Shown: positions 30,687 to 41,078 of the stretch, in pieces
Position numbering within the stretch: the first letter of the stretch is position 1
Layout of the letters: each line of letters begins with the position of its first letter
Virus record (IMG/VR): IMGVR_UViG_3300020048_000048
Location: 56,615 to 120,614 of that record
Length of the DNA stretch: 64,000 bases
Reading direction: 5' to 3' (one strand)
From: a virus
Notes under the pieces: generated by a model
What the model was told of the DNA's origin: nothing
The model's database searches: none
The model's input: only the letters and a program-made list of their open reading frames with translations
Program-made: the position numbers and the translations under genes

Positions 30687-31679
30687 ATGGAAAAGTCAAA
30701 ACTCGATCTTATAACTAAAATATTATTTACAAAGCAAAGAGTTTTTCAATTCCTTAAAACAGAAAAAGCTTATTTGAGCTTTTCTGGAGGAAGAGATTCT
30801 ACTATTTTGAGTCATATTTTAAGAACAAATTTTAAAGAAACTTATCCAGAAAAATTCCAAGATGTTAGTGAAGGATCTATATTGAATGAAGTTTTTGAAA
30901 TACCTCATGTGTTTTTAAATACAGGTGTTGAGTGGGCAAATATTGTTCACTTTGTAAGAAGCTTGAGTAAAAAAATAGAACTTATAGAAGTTACTCCTAA
31001 AATAACATTCTTTGAAATTATAAAAAAACATGGATACCCTGTTATCTCAAAAGAAATTTCTCAATATATCCATGAAGCAAAGGTCACTAATTCTAAAAAA
31101 CTTTTACTCAAAAGACTTGATGGTGAGAAAAAAGGAAATTATGTGTCTGGAAAAATTTCAGATGTTCATAGTGCTTGGTTGAGAGAAGATGCACCTTTAA
31201 TTGGTGCTAAATGTTGTCATTATTTGAAAAAAGATCCAGTTCATCGTTATGAAAAAGAAACTGGTAGGCGACCAATTTTAGCAATTATGGCTGACGAAAG
31301 TCGTTTAAGACAGCAAACAGCTAAAAATGGATGTATTTTTGAAAAAGCAAGTGGTCTTGTGTGCAATCCAATGATTTTCTGGACACATCAAGATATAGTG
31401 GATTATGTTGAAATGTTTCAACCTGAACTTTGTGATCTTTATACAAAGCATGGATTTGAACGAACTGGTTGTGTCGGTTGTCTTTATGGATGTTCTACTA
31501 AAAAACAGGCTGATGAGAAATTTAAATTCATGAGAGAAAATAGACCAAAACAATATCAAATTTATTTAAACAACGGACTTCAGGAAATTTTAAACTTCTT
31601 AGAAGAAAGCGATAAAATGTCAAAAGAAGAGAAAAAACAAATAAAAGAAAGGATGAAAAATGAACGTTGTTCCGATTAA
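30687..31679 (+). CDS. PAPS-reductase-family (PP-loop, Fe-S) protein
   Basis: SFSGGRDS, NTG, CCHYLKK and RTGCVGC motifs. Confidence 0.85.
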   Translation: MEKSKLDLITKILFTKQRVFQFLKTEKAYLSFSGGRDSTILSHILRTNFKETYPEKFQDVSEGSILNEVFEIPHVFLNTGVEWANIVHFVRSLSKKIELIEVTPKITFFEIIKKHGYPVISKEISQYIHEAKVTNSKKLLLKRLDGEKKGNYVSGKISDVHSAWLREDAPLIGAKCCHYLKKDPVHRYEKETGRRPILAIMADESRLRQQTAKNGCIFEKASGLVCNPMIFWTHQDIVDYVEMFQPELCDLYTKHGFERTGCVGCLYGCSTKKQADEKFKFMRENRPKQYQIYLNNGLQEILNFLEESDKMSKEEKKQIKERMKNERCSD

Positions 31680-31764
31680 CAAAAAACAAATAGAATTACA
31701 ACAGGATATTAAAGAACGCATTATTCGTTTAGAAAACCTTTATATTCAGTTAGGTTGCAATCCG

Positions 31765-31965
31765 TTATTCAAACTGGATCGTATATTTAGTTCCAGTAAA
31801 TTGTTCAATGTGTTCAATAAATTTTTCAATCTTACTTTCAGACATACGGAAGCACGTCCAAGTACATTTCCATGTTTTAAATGTAATAAAGTTAGAAGTT
31901 ATGTTAACCAAAAGAAGATTAGGATCTTCAAAAACTGGTTGTTTAAAAACTGTAAGATGTTTCAT
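31765..31965 (-). CDS. Small hypothetical protein
   Basis: AAGGAGG SD and TTTAAAATAA motif directly upstream. Confidence 0.55.
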   Translation of the reverse strand: MKHLTVFKQPVFEDPNLLLVNITSNFITFKTWKCTWTCFRMSESKIEKFIEHIEQFTGTKYTIQFE

Positions 31966-32046
31966 GTGAACCTCCTTTGTTATTTTAAAAAAGCTAAAGT
32001 TTTTTTAAAAAATTCCGTTAAGTAGTTAAACGAGAAAGGAATCATT

Positions 32047-33150
32047 ATGAGAGATTTTAAACCAATGGTTGTAAGTAGAAATAGTAAAATTTATTTCTTG
32101 GGATATATTCACAAGGATGATTTTGAAAACGCAATTCATGATTTTAGAAAAGCTTCAGACAAACAGTTTGAAATTGCAAGTAATCGTCTTCGTGCAATAA
32201 AGAGGTTTAGGAGAATATCTCCATCAGAAATGTTTAAATTTTCGTGGGTTTGTCACATAACAAGTACTAAGTGTGAGATACTTCTTCTGGAAAATGATCG
32301 TGAGATGTTCATTCAACATTTGTTGAAGAAATTCCCAAAAACAGAAAAAAGAGATTTTAATACTGTAGTTTCCAGTTTTTTTAATGTCATTGATGTAAAC
32401 ATGACAACTATATATAAAGAGTTTGACAAATGTTTTAAACCACTATTAGTTCGCAAGTTTAGTAAACTTTATTTTTTAGGATACATACACCAAAATGACC
32501 ATGATTATGTTATAAAATATGTAAAACAATTTAAAAATGCTAATGGTGTTTTTTACAAAAGTGGATTACAATCTAAGGTTTTAGAAGTTCCTAAGGAGGA
32601 TAAAGTACATGCTAAGTTTCTTTGCCATGTGACAAAAAAAGGACACACGATTTATTTATCTGAAAGTGATGCTGAAAGGCTTTCTATTTTAATTAGGGTA
32701 AAATATCCAGTTGGCGCTAAAAGGGATTATGAAGAGATAATTTCACAACTCTTTCCAATTGTCGACTGTGATGTAAATGATTTTGACGAAAGTTCTATAA
32801 AAGAATTTTTTGAGGTTAAAACTTTTGACGGGATTTGTTACAGTGCTGAAGTTACATTAAATATTTTTGAAGAAGAGATTCCTGTAAAGGAGCTTAAACC
32901 TTTAAAAGAAGATGACCTTTATTATTCCGTTTTTTGCATGAGTAAAATTGATGCCCTTGTGGAGTATGGTGAAGAAATTGTTAATAACTCTATAATGGAG
33001 TATAAAAGGCTGTATGATTTGTTTTTAAAAACAGAAGTAACGTTGGATGTTAAACCTTCTGTTTTGCAAAAATACAAGAGCGGTGAGCTATATCCGAGAC
33101 TTAACTTTTTAAAGGAGATTTTTGATGAATGTGATGTTGCACATAATTAA
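32047..33150 (+). CDS. Hypothetical protein with an internally duplicated domain
   Basis: FKPxxVxxxSKxYFLGYIHxxD...CHxT...KRD occurs twice. Confidence 0.65.
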   Translation: MRDFKPMVVSRNSKIYFLGYIHKDDFENAIHDFRKASDKQFEIASNRLRAIKRFRRISPSEMFKFSWVCHITSTKCEILLLENDREMFIQHLLKKFPKTEKRDFNTVVSSFFNVIDVNMTTIYKEFDKCFKPLLVRKFSKLYFLGYIHQNDHDYVIKYVKQFKNANGVFYKSGLQSKVLEVPKEDKVHAKFLCHVTKKGHTIYLSESDAERLSILIRVKYPVGAKRDYEEIISQLFPIVDCDVNDFDESSIKEFFEVKTFDGICYSAEVTLNIFEEEIPVKELKPLKEDDLYYSVFCMSKIDALVEYGEEIVNNSIMEYKRLYDLFLKTEVTLDVKPSVLQKYKSGELYPRLNFLKEIFDECDVAHN

Positions 33151-33931
33151 TAACCACTTATGTACAAAAGATTCTGGAGAATGGCTTTTTGACGTTGAAC
33201 CTGAAGATTTGGTTGAAAAGTTATCTGAAAAATTTAAGGTTACATTAAAAAACCTTAACAAAGGGGTTCTCGTTAAGGTAGAAAAACATCTAATGAGTCA
33301 AGATGGAGTTTTTCGTATGTTAAAAAATCAGAAACCCTTACAAAGTGACATTTTTAAAGACGTTATGGATAATTTTGAAAGTCTTTTGATGGTTGATAAT
33401 ATTAGGATTGGAACTCGACTTTCTGATGGTTCGATAATATTTGCTAAAATGGGTGATCATTGGATTGCATGTGCACCTGCCACAATGAGAACTCAATCTT
33501 CATGGGGTTTGTGTGGGATTGGCACTGGTCTCCCTAATGTAACTTCAGGGAATGACCCAAATACTGGGTTTAGTAATAGTTCAGTGTTATATGAATACGG
33601 ATCATTGGCAGAGGCAAATCAGTGGTGTATGGATAAAGGCGGGTATTTTTTACCCAATAAAGAAGAGCTTTTGATTTTATATCAAAACAGGGACCTTATT
33701 GATGCAAATGATACGTCTGGAGGAACTTACACTTTAAATTACATCGCCACAAATGGAGTTGGTCCTAATGGAACCTCTCCCTATTGTTGGTCGTCTACAG
33801 AGTATGACTCTTACGACACTTGGGTTGTATACATGGGTCATGGGTACATGGGCAATGGGGTCTCCTACACCAACGGTAAGAGTGACCCGCACCTCTGGGT
33901 CTGCCCTTGTACAATGATTAAGGTGATTTAA
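33122..33931 (+). CDS. DUF1566/C-type-lectin-fold protein with a DGR-type variable C-terminus
   Basis: GYFLPNKEEL, YCWSSTEY...W.V.M..G and terminal WVCPC; NNC-biased codons at 33782-33910. Confidence 0.75.
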   Translation: MMNVMLHIINNHLCTKDSGEWLFDVEPEDLVEKLSEKFKVTLKNLNKGVLVKVEKHLMSQDGVFRMLKNQKPLQSDIFKDVMDNFESLLMVDNIRIGTRLSDGSIIFAKMGDHWIACAPATMRTQSSWGLCGIGTGLPNVTSGNDPNTGFSNSSVLYEYGSLAEANQWCMDKGGYFLPNKEELLILYQNRDLIDANDTSGGTYTLNYIATNGVGPNGTSPYCWSSTEYDSYDTWVVYMGHGYMGNGVSYTNGKSDPHLWVCPCTMIKVI

Positions 33932-34402
33932 TGAAAGATTATCGATGTTCTGTTTGCGGTAAAGTTTTTAAAGATCTTTTTCCAGAAGAGCTTAAAGAAT
34001 GTTGTGGAAAAATCCCAAATCCTTTAAGATGTAAAGTAAAAGTATCCCACAAAACGTCAACGATTTATGCAAATGAAGGGTGTTTTGACTCATGGTCATC
34101 AACTCATGAACTTGTTAATGAGATGAGCGGTGTGTGGAACAAGGAGCAGGAAGAAGATATGGTACAAAAAATCTTTGATGATTCTGCTTTGGGAGATAAG
34201 GTCGATGGAACATGAATTTGAAAGGTGTTATTTTTGTAACGATGTTTTGGAAACCAAAGAAGGTATTGTTCGTGGACATTTAGATATTGATGGTTTAAAA
34301 GTTTGTTCTGATTGTCTGGTGCAAATGCTTTTGAATCAACAATTTTCTTTCAAAGATGTTGTTTTATATAATAAGGCAAAGAAAGAAAAGCCAAAATTAC
34401 AC

Positions 34403-36229
34403 TTAGTTTAATTTCCAAGCTTTTTGCCCATGAAAACGCTTATCCACTAAATCATTCTCATCTAAATTTGTTTCTGTAGCTTTCATTTTTTTTGGTAAGT
34501 CTTCATAAATAATTTTAGCTTTAGGTCCATCTGTTCCTCCTTTTCTTTCAACAACTTCTGGTGATGCCATTTTTATATCGTAATGACCTAAACCTTTTTG
34601 ATGAACATGTGATAAAAACATATGTAAGAGTTTTTTAGGGTGATTTCCTTTACTAATTACAGACCTTAATCCCTCGTGACCATCCTTTCCCCAATCATGT
34701 TGGATCTCTTCAATGAATATTTTTTTCTTATTATGGTCAACATGGTAACGAACCCAACCTAGACCATCCTTTGTTTGCGGGTGTAAGTTTTTATCGTAAG
34801 AATTTATATGTTCATGACCTAATGCATTTTGCTCTTCTTCGTTCATAATTGGCGAAAAAACCATGTTTGGGATTTTTTCATTTACACGTTGAAGCGCAAG
34901 GTTATAATTGGTTGAAAGGTATTTTCTTTTAGGGAATTTACTATTTAAGTGATTTATTAGGTCAGCTTCATGTAAAACTTTACCTTTGACTGGATAATTG
35001 TCTTTGTAAATTTCTTGAGCATCTTTTGCATTTATTTTTCCACCAAGTTCTTTTGTTTTATTAAGAAGTTTTTGAGCCTCATAAGGAATATCGTGAAATT
35101 CTCCTAAATTGGCATCTTTATCTTTAAATTTAAAAGGCAGATTGTCTATTTTGTGATTACCTGATTGGTCATTATCTCCATCTGTTTCGTTTTTAAGGTG
35201 TTCTGAACGAATGTTACATAAATCTAAAAAGGGATTTTTTTTATACTGTTCAGTTGACATTACATGCCCTGTAAGTTGAGGGTAGTTTTGTGTGAATTTT
35301 TCAAGTCTATTTAGTGGCATTTCTTGAAGTTTGTTAACCATATTTGTGTCAAAATTAGGGTCAATTGCTTGATCAATCGTATACTGAGCTTTTTCCCAAA
35401 AACTTAATTTTTGATACATTTCGTCAAAGTCTGGTTGAGACATTGTATTTTTTAAGTGTTTAATAGCGTCAGTTAGTTTTTCATTTGGGGTTTCAAAAAT
35501 TTTAGAATTGCCTTGAATGTTTAAAAAATCATGTGGGAAATTTTTTAATATAAAAGCATGTAGGTCATTTTCACTGTTAATTTTTTCTTTCATATCGTTA
35601 TTTTTGTTCAATAAGTTTTTTGCTCTATTAAACTTCTCTAAATGATTCTTATGTAAATCAAGATTTTCAGTATATTCTTTAATGGTATTTTCAATATTAG
35701 AACTTTCTCTTGGAAAAGTTGCTCCAGATATTCTTTCTAAATGGTTAATATCGTCATTGTGAAATTTATGAACGTCAATTTCTCTATTTTTTAATTTGTC
35801 GATAAAATCACTTAACTGGTAAGGTTGAAAATGGTGTTCTAAATTTTCCCAAACTTCAGGATGAACTTTATCACCATTTTGAACATTCTTATTTAACTGG
35901 TTAATACTTTCTTCATCGTAGGGGTCTTTAATGGCTTTTATTAAGCTTTGATTAATATCTGATGGATCACCAATGTCTGTGTTATAAAATTTATGAATCA
36001 AGGTGTTTTTAAATGGTTCTAAGTTAGAACTAAGAGAAATGTTTTGCAACAGTTCTCCAAATGGTGAGTTTGGTTCCATCCTGTCTAAATGGTCTTGTGA
36101 AACTTCTCCATTTTTAATTGAACTAAAAAGGTTTGTCTGAACAAAATTACTTAAATTTTGATATTCTTTTTCATTTTTCACGTTTCCGATATTATTGTTA
36201 TAATGGTCAATTAGTTCGTGTAAGTTCAT
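34403..36229 (-). CDS. His/Asn-rich protein, possibly a virion internal protein
   Basis: C-terminal HP...LGWVRY...IFIEEIQHDW motif; TAAAATA motif upstream. Confidence 0.45.
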   Translation of the reverse strand: MNLHELIDHYNNNIGNVKNEKEYQNLSNFVQTNLFSSIKNGEVSQDHLDRMEPNSPFGELLQNISLSSNLEPFKNTLIHKFYNTDIGDPSDINQSLIKAIKDPYDEESINQLNKNVQNGDKVHPEVWENLEHHFQPYQLSDFIDKLKNREIDVHKFHNDDINHLERISGATFPRESSNIENTIKEYTENLDLHKNHLEKFNRAKNLLNKNNDMKEKINSENDLHAFILKNFPHDFLNIQGNSKIFETPNEKLTDAIKHLKNTMSQPDFDEMYQKLSFWEKAQYTIDQAIDPNFDTNMVNKLQEMPLNRLEKFTQNYPQLTGHVMSTEQYKKNPFLDLCNIRSEHLKNETDGDNDQSGNHKIDNLPFKFKDKDANLGEFHDIPYEAQKLLNKTKELGGKINAKDAQEIYKDNYPVKGKVLHEADLINHLNSKFPKRKYLSTNYNLALQRVNEKIPNMVFSPIMNEEEQNALGHEHINSYDKNLHPQTKDGLGWVRYHVDHNKKKIFIEEIQHDWGKDGHEGLRSVISKGNHPKKLLHMFLSHVHQKGLGHYDIKMASPEVVERKGGTDGPKAKIIYEDLPKKMKATETNLDENDLVDKRFHGQKAWKLN

Positions 36230-36292
36230 TTTACTAACTCCTTAAGTTTTCTTTATTTTACTTAAAATATTTAAAATTTAAGAGGTGTTAAA

Positions 36293-36883
36293 ATGGGTGA
36301 ACATACAGCTTGGTTTAAAAGTGGAACTGCAAAAAGGTTCCAAAAACTCAAAACAGAATTTGAACAAATAAAAGAATCTTGGGATAATCCTGAACAAGCT
36401 TTAAAAATGCCAGCAGTTGGAACTGGAGCTAGAACTATCATTGTTATTGGTGGAACTTTGCTTGCGTGGGCAAAAAGTATTCAGTGGCAAGTAATAGCTC
36501 CTCATCAAGAAATTCAAACCATTGACAATGCCTTTCCTTTAGATTTTTCATTAGGTCAAGTAAGGGTTCAAGCAACTCTTAGTCAAATTATGTTTCCTGA
36601 GAACTCTCCAGAAGAGTGTGGTCTTTTTTCAAATATGCAGACACTTTTGCATCAAGCGATGGTTGAAATTGCGGTTCAAGATGTAAGAGGTCAGCAGTTG
36701 TTTTTAAGTAGAGGTGTTTTTACACAAACAAGTGGAATGATTGACATGGGTTCTCCTGCAATTCGTCAAGCTCATTTTCAAGGCGTTCTGTATGCTCATA
36801 ACGTTTCTCAACAATTCAACGTTAATACAACATCTTCAGGAATTGGAGAAACACTTTATAAAGACTCAGGAGGTTTGGCGTGA
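36293..36883 (+). CDS. Tail-tube-like protein
   Basis: TGAR.IIVIGG..LAWA.SIQW.V.....IQTID pattern resembles myophage tube-fold proteins; TTAAAATA upstream. Confidence 0.5.
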   Translation: MGEHTAWFKSGTAKRFQKLKTEFEQIKESWDNPEQALKMPAVGTGARTIIVIGGTLLAWAKSIQWQVIAPHQEIQTIDNAFPLDFSLGQVRVQATLSQIMFPENSPEECGLFSNMQTLLHQAMVEIAVQDVRGQQLFLSRGVFTQTSGMIDMGSPAIRQAHFQGVLYAHNVSQQFNVNTTSSGIGETLYKDSGGLA

Positions 36884-37721
36884 TTTTTGGAACACTGGAC
36901 TTTGAAGCATTGAAAATACAACTTTCAAAAGGCAACTTTTTGCATGACAAAGAAACCTTGGAAGTAAGTGTGGGCGGAAAATTAGTTTTTTTAAAAGATA
37001 ACGTTTTGACGGTTTTGAAAGATGGAATGGTTGTTGAGAATATCGTTTTAAAGAAAGACCAGCTGAAAGAAATAAACAATATCACCTGTATGTTAGGAAT
37101 TTGCTTACTTTTTTAAAAAATTCTAAAGTTTTTTTAAAAACTTCCGTTAATAGATAATAGAGATCAACAACGGAGGTTTTTATGGAGTATCTAAAAAACA
37201 AATGCGATAAATGGTTGGAAAAGAAACTTCAAGAAGTCAATGAAAAATTGACTTTCTGTATAGACTGCGAAAAGAGACAAAGACTCTTAAACTTAAAAGA
37301 ATGTATCGAGGAGGATATTAAGAGCCTCAAAAACAACGTTGATAAGTTTAAACTTTGTGATAAAAATATCACTAAAGTTTGATAAAAAACAAAGGAGAAT
37401 TTTATGAACTTGAATCATTTAGTAAGACTGCAAATTGTCAATTTAAATAACAGCCCAGTGGTCGTTATTGGGAATGTAAGTGTTATAGGCGGTAATATGG
37501 ACGAACTTGAGGCGAATGTTCGCAATGAAGGCTTCTACCTGTTTGATAGAGTTGGAAATGCTCTGTATTTGATTAAAGAAGAATTTAAACACCTTTACAT
37601 GGAGAATTAATATGTATGTAGAGTTTTATTTCATTAACGATTTAGTGAAAATAGTAAGTTTTTGTAAAAAAACGGGAATTGAAATTTTTAGCTTCAAACC
37701 CATTGGGGGGAGTTTTGTTAA

Positions 37722-38162
37722 ATGGAAATAAGTCAAAGGTGGGTCGATTATTTTTTTAGAATAGTTGATGTTGTAAAAGTTAATTCAAGAGATGTTGAAA
37801 CGAAAGTCGGGTGTGTTATTGTGGATCAGGACAAAAGAATTATATCAACTGGGTATAATTCTTTCCCTGCTGGCTGTAATGACGATTTACTTCCAAGCAC
37901 TCGCCCTGAAAAATACGATTTCATGGTACATGCTGAAGTAAATGCAGTGATGTACGCAAGAACGTCTTTAAAAGGGTGTTCAGTGTTTCAAAACATCTCT
38001 CCATGTATTAACTGTACAAAAATGTTAATAACTGCTGGGGTTGCTAATGTTTTTTTTAAAACAAAGTATTCTGATTTCGATTCGACTTTAAAAGTTTGGG
38101 ATGCTTGTGGCTATTTAATTATTATACATGAAGATTGTTATTTAATGAAAAAGGGGGATTAA
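37722..38162 (+). CDS. dCMP deaminase
   Basis: KVGCVIV, GYN, HAEVNA and PCINC motifs. Confidence 0.9.
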   Translation: MEISQRWVDYFFRIVDVVKVNSRDVETKVGCVIVDQDKRIISTGYNSFPAGCNDDLLPSTRPEKYDFMVHAEVNAVMYARTSLKGCSVFQNISPCINCTKMLITAGVANVFFKTKYSDFDSTLKVWDACGYLIIIHEDCYLMKKGD

Positions 38163-38683
38163 TGGACCACCGTAAAGCTTTTTTAAAACTAAGATCGCAT
38201 CAGTTTGACAATATAGTTGAGAAGTTATATAATAACTCAGTTGTTGAAAAGGATGACTTTTCACTTTGGACTTTGGGATCATTAAATAAAGAGTTAAAAA
38301 AGTATGGGCATAAGTTAGAAAAGTTTGGGAGTCTGTATTGTTTTAAAAAACGTTTTAGCAAAGACGTTGTTGCGATGTTTGTACTAATGATATTGGCTAT
38401 TATTGGATATTTAGCCGTAATTTTTTCTTTATAGGAGATTTTATGTTGAATTGGATTTTAGGGTTGTTTAAAAAGTCTCAAAAAGTTCACCACACTCACC
38501 AATCGCATAAGTGGGAGGTGTTACATTATAATGAAATATCTCCAAGTTTCAATTGGGATTCCAGCATATCTCCATTTTTTCCTTTTAAAAAAGAGTCTGT
38601 TCAAGAGACTGCTTATTTTTTAGCACTTGAAGATGATTGCAAAGAACCACCTGAACATTATTGGTTTTTAGCGGAGGAAATTT

Positions 38684-39727
38684 ATGATAGAAATTGTTAA
38701 TGTTGCGTCTACGGCAGATATCCCTAATAGTGATAACCTTTTATTGACCCATGTAAAAGGCATTCCCTGCGTTGTTTCTAAGAAAGATGGGTGTGGAGAT
38801 TACGTTTATTTTCCGTTAGACTGCGTGCTTTCTGAAAAACTATACAAATTCATATTCCAAAAAGACGACTACACGGAAAAGAAAGCTTGTGTTAAAGCGA
38901 AAAAGCTAAGGGGAGTTTTTTCAGAAGGGCTATTAATTCCAGTACACAAAGTCGAGGAATGTTGTTCAGATATGAACATAAAAGACCTTGATAAGAGTTT
39001 GGGATGTAAAAAATACCAACCTCCAGAAGATTTGGAAGAAATGCAAAAACCTCAAGGGAAGAAAAAGCCTTGGTGGAAAAAAATCTTAAGATGGTTTGTT
39101 AAGGAAGAATATTTTCCAGAATACACTGATACTAAACGTATTGAAAAAGTGGAAATCCCAGAAAAGGAGTTTGTAGTTACAATTAAGCTTCATGGAACTT
39201 CTGTAAGGTATATGCTTCAAAAGAAAACAATTTTTAATTTCTGGAAAAGGATTTTTAAAGTTGGCTCAAGGAGGGTTTGTAATCCTAAACAACATTTGTA
39301 TTTTACTTTTTCAAAACAAGTTGAAAGTTTTTGTTTAAATATTGAAAAGAAATTAGAATGCAATGGAGTTATGGTTTTTGGAGAAATTGTTGGTCCAAAA
39401 GTTCAAGGAGCTTACAGTTATACAAAAACTCCAGAACTTTTTGTTTATGGGATTTATATCAAGGGTGGATTTTTAGGATATTGGGGCATGGAAAATCTTT
39501 GCAAAGAGTTTGGAATGAATTGTGTACCACATATTGACGCATTAACGATAAGTAAGGATTCACCTTTTGAAAGATGGTGTAATAGAGATTTTTACCCAAA
39601 TAAAATTGACAAAAACGTGCCATGTAGAGAGGGTGTTGTTTTACACCTTCCTGAAGATGAAATATGTAAGCCAGAAAAAAGAACAATTTTCAAATATGTT
39701 TCAGAAGCTTTTAGGCTTCAAAAATAG
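38684..39727 (+). CDS. RNA ligase (DRB0094/Rnl2-like, with N-terminal OB module)
   Basis: KLRGVFSEGL, motif I KLHGTS, FGEIVG, EGVVL and FKYVS. Confidence 0.85.
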   Translation: MIEIVNVASTADIPNSDNLLLTHVKGIPCVVSKKDGCGDYVYFPLDCVLSEKLYKFIFQKDDYTEKKACVKAKKLRGVFSEGLLIPVHKVEECCSDMNIKDLDKSLGCKKYQPPEDLEEMQKPQGKKKPWWKKILRWFVKEEYFPEYTDTKRIEKVEIPEKEFVVTIKLHGTSVRYMLQKKTIFNFWKRIFKVGSRRVCNPKQHLYFTFSKQVESFCLNIEKKLECNGVMVFGEIVGPKVQGAYSYTKTPELFVYGIYIKGGFLGYWGMENLCKEFGMNCVPHIDALTISKDSPFERWCNRDFYPNKIDKNVPCREGVVLHLPEDEICKPEKRTIFKYVSEAFRLQK

Positions 39728-40037
39728 TTTTTAAAACATGTCCTTTATTTTCTAACATATCTTTAACAATTACTTCAAAAAGAAAAGGGGGCATTGCGTT
39801 TATTTGTTGTTTTAATATTCTTGTTTCAAAACTTTCTGGCATTTCGTAAATGATTTTACTTGAAAAAGAATGAGTGCTTTCTAATCTGAGAATTTCAGAA
39901 ATTATTGGAAAGCTTTTAACAAACTCTTCGTTATAAATATATATTATGTGGCATTCTTTTTTATGCCTTATTTTCACACACACAATACTTTCAGCGTCGT
40001 CTTTTTTAAAAACCACAAAATTTTCAACTTTTATCAT
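39711..40037 (-). CDS. Hypothetical protein
   Basis: GGAGG SD and a minus-strand sigma-28-like promoter at 40060-40086. Confidence 0.6.
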   Translation of the reverse strand: MIKVENFVVFKKDDAESIVCVKIRHKKECHIIYIYNEEFVKSFPIISEILRLESTHSFSSKIIYEMPESFETRILKQQINAMPPFLFEVIVKDMLENKGHVLKTIFEA

Positions 40038-40104
40038 AAAGTCCTCCTACTTTATTTTATTAACGGCATTTTTTAAAATAACTTTAATAAAAAAGGGGGA
40101 TTTT

Positions 40105-40734
40105 GTGAAAAGAAGAATTTTAGCCATAGTTTTATTGTTCGGTTGTGGTGATGTTGGACTGTTACGAATTGTGAAACCAACATTTGATAATGAAATTCCA
40201 ATTCCAACTGTTTTACCAACTGAAGATGTAAATGTTTCGCCAACTGAGATTGCGGATGCAACTGTTTTGCCAACTGAAACATCTCCACCTACTCCAACGC
40301 AAACTGTAGAACCTACCGTGTCGCCTACGCCAACAGTGCCAGCTTTAACGGATGTTGAAGTAAATCAACAAACGTTTGAAGCTTATACAAGACATTGTCA
40401 GCAAAACAACGATGATTCTTATAATATTTTCATCATGGCAGATTATGGGGATGAGAAAGATTTGTTTGTTTATCTTTTTGTGCCAGTTGAAACGCATTCA
40501 GGAACACATTACGACAATTTGCAAACTGGTATCCAAGTTCAACCAAGGTTTGAAGAAATAAATTATACACCAGAAAGGTATGTTGCTTCTATGACGGGAT
40601 CGTGTGTGTGGGCTTTTAACAGAACAACTCAATCTGGATCAATTGCTTGTGAATTTTTTTTAGTTAACAACGATCCTAGAGATTATTTTGGCAATGAAGT
40701 TACCCTTCACACTGTTAATTTTACTTGTGATTAG
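40105..40734 (+). CDS. Lipoprotein with Pro/Thr-rich linker
   Basis: Likely start GTG 40105 after a GGGGGA SD, giving KRRILAIVLLFG-C lipobox, then PT repeats. Confidence 0.7.
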   Translation: MKRRILAIVLLFGCGDVGLLRIVKPTFDNEIPIPTVLPTEDVNVSPTEIADATVLPTETSPPTPTQTVEPTVSPTPTVPALTDVEVNQQTFEAYTRHCQQNNDDSYNIFIMADYGDEKDLFVYLFVPVETHSGTHYDNLQTGIQVQPRFEEINYTPERYVASMTGSCVWAFNRTTQSGSIACEFFLVNNDPRDYFGNEVTLHTVNFTCD

Positions 40735-41078
40735 AGACCAAAACTTTTCATTTTTTTATCAATTAAAATCATAACAAACTCTTTCATTTCAAAGTCTTCA
40801 ATTACCTTGTCAACTTCGTCAAGAACAACTTCAACTTCTTTCTGGGTGAAGTTGTTCGAGATTGTTTCGCTTAGTTTTTCATGGAACATTTTTTTATCCA
40901 CATGAAAACTACTTTTTTTAACTCGATAACCAACTGAACTTTTACACTCCATTAATAAGGCAATCATAACTTTTCCCTCCTTTCTTTTATTTTCGGTAAA
41001 ATTTAAAAAAACTTTAGCTAAAAATAAATTCAAGGTTTCTTAAAAAATTCCGTTAAGTATGTTAGAAAGGAGGTTTCA

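Noticed and set aside
31660-32025. 121-aa plus-strand ORF
   Set aside because: It fully overlaps a minus-strand gene with a strong SD and runs through the next promoter. The N-terminal part may be real, but the full ORF is unsupported.
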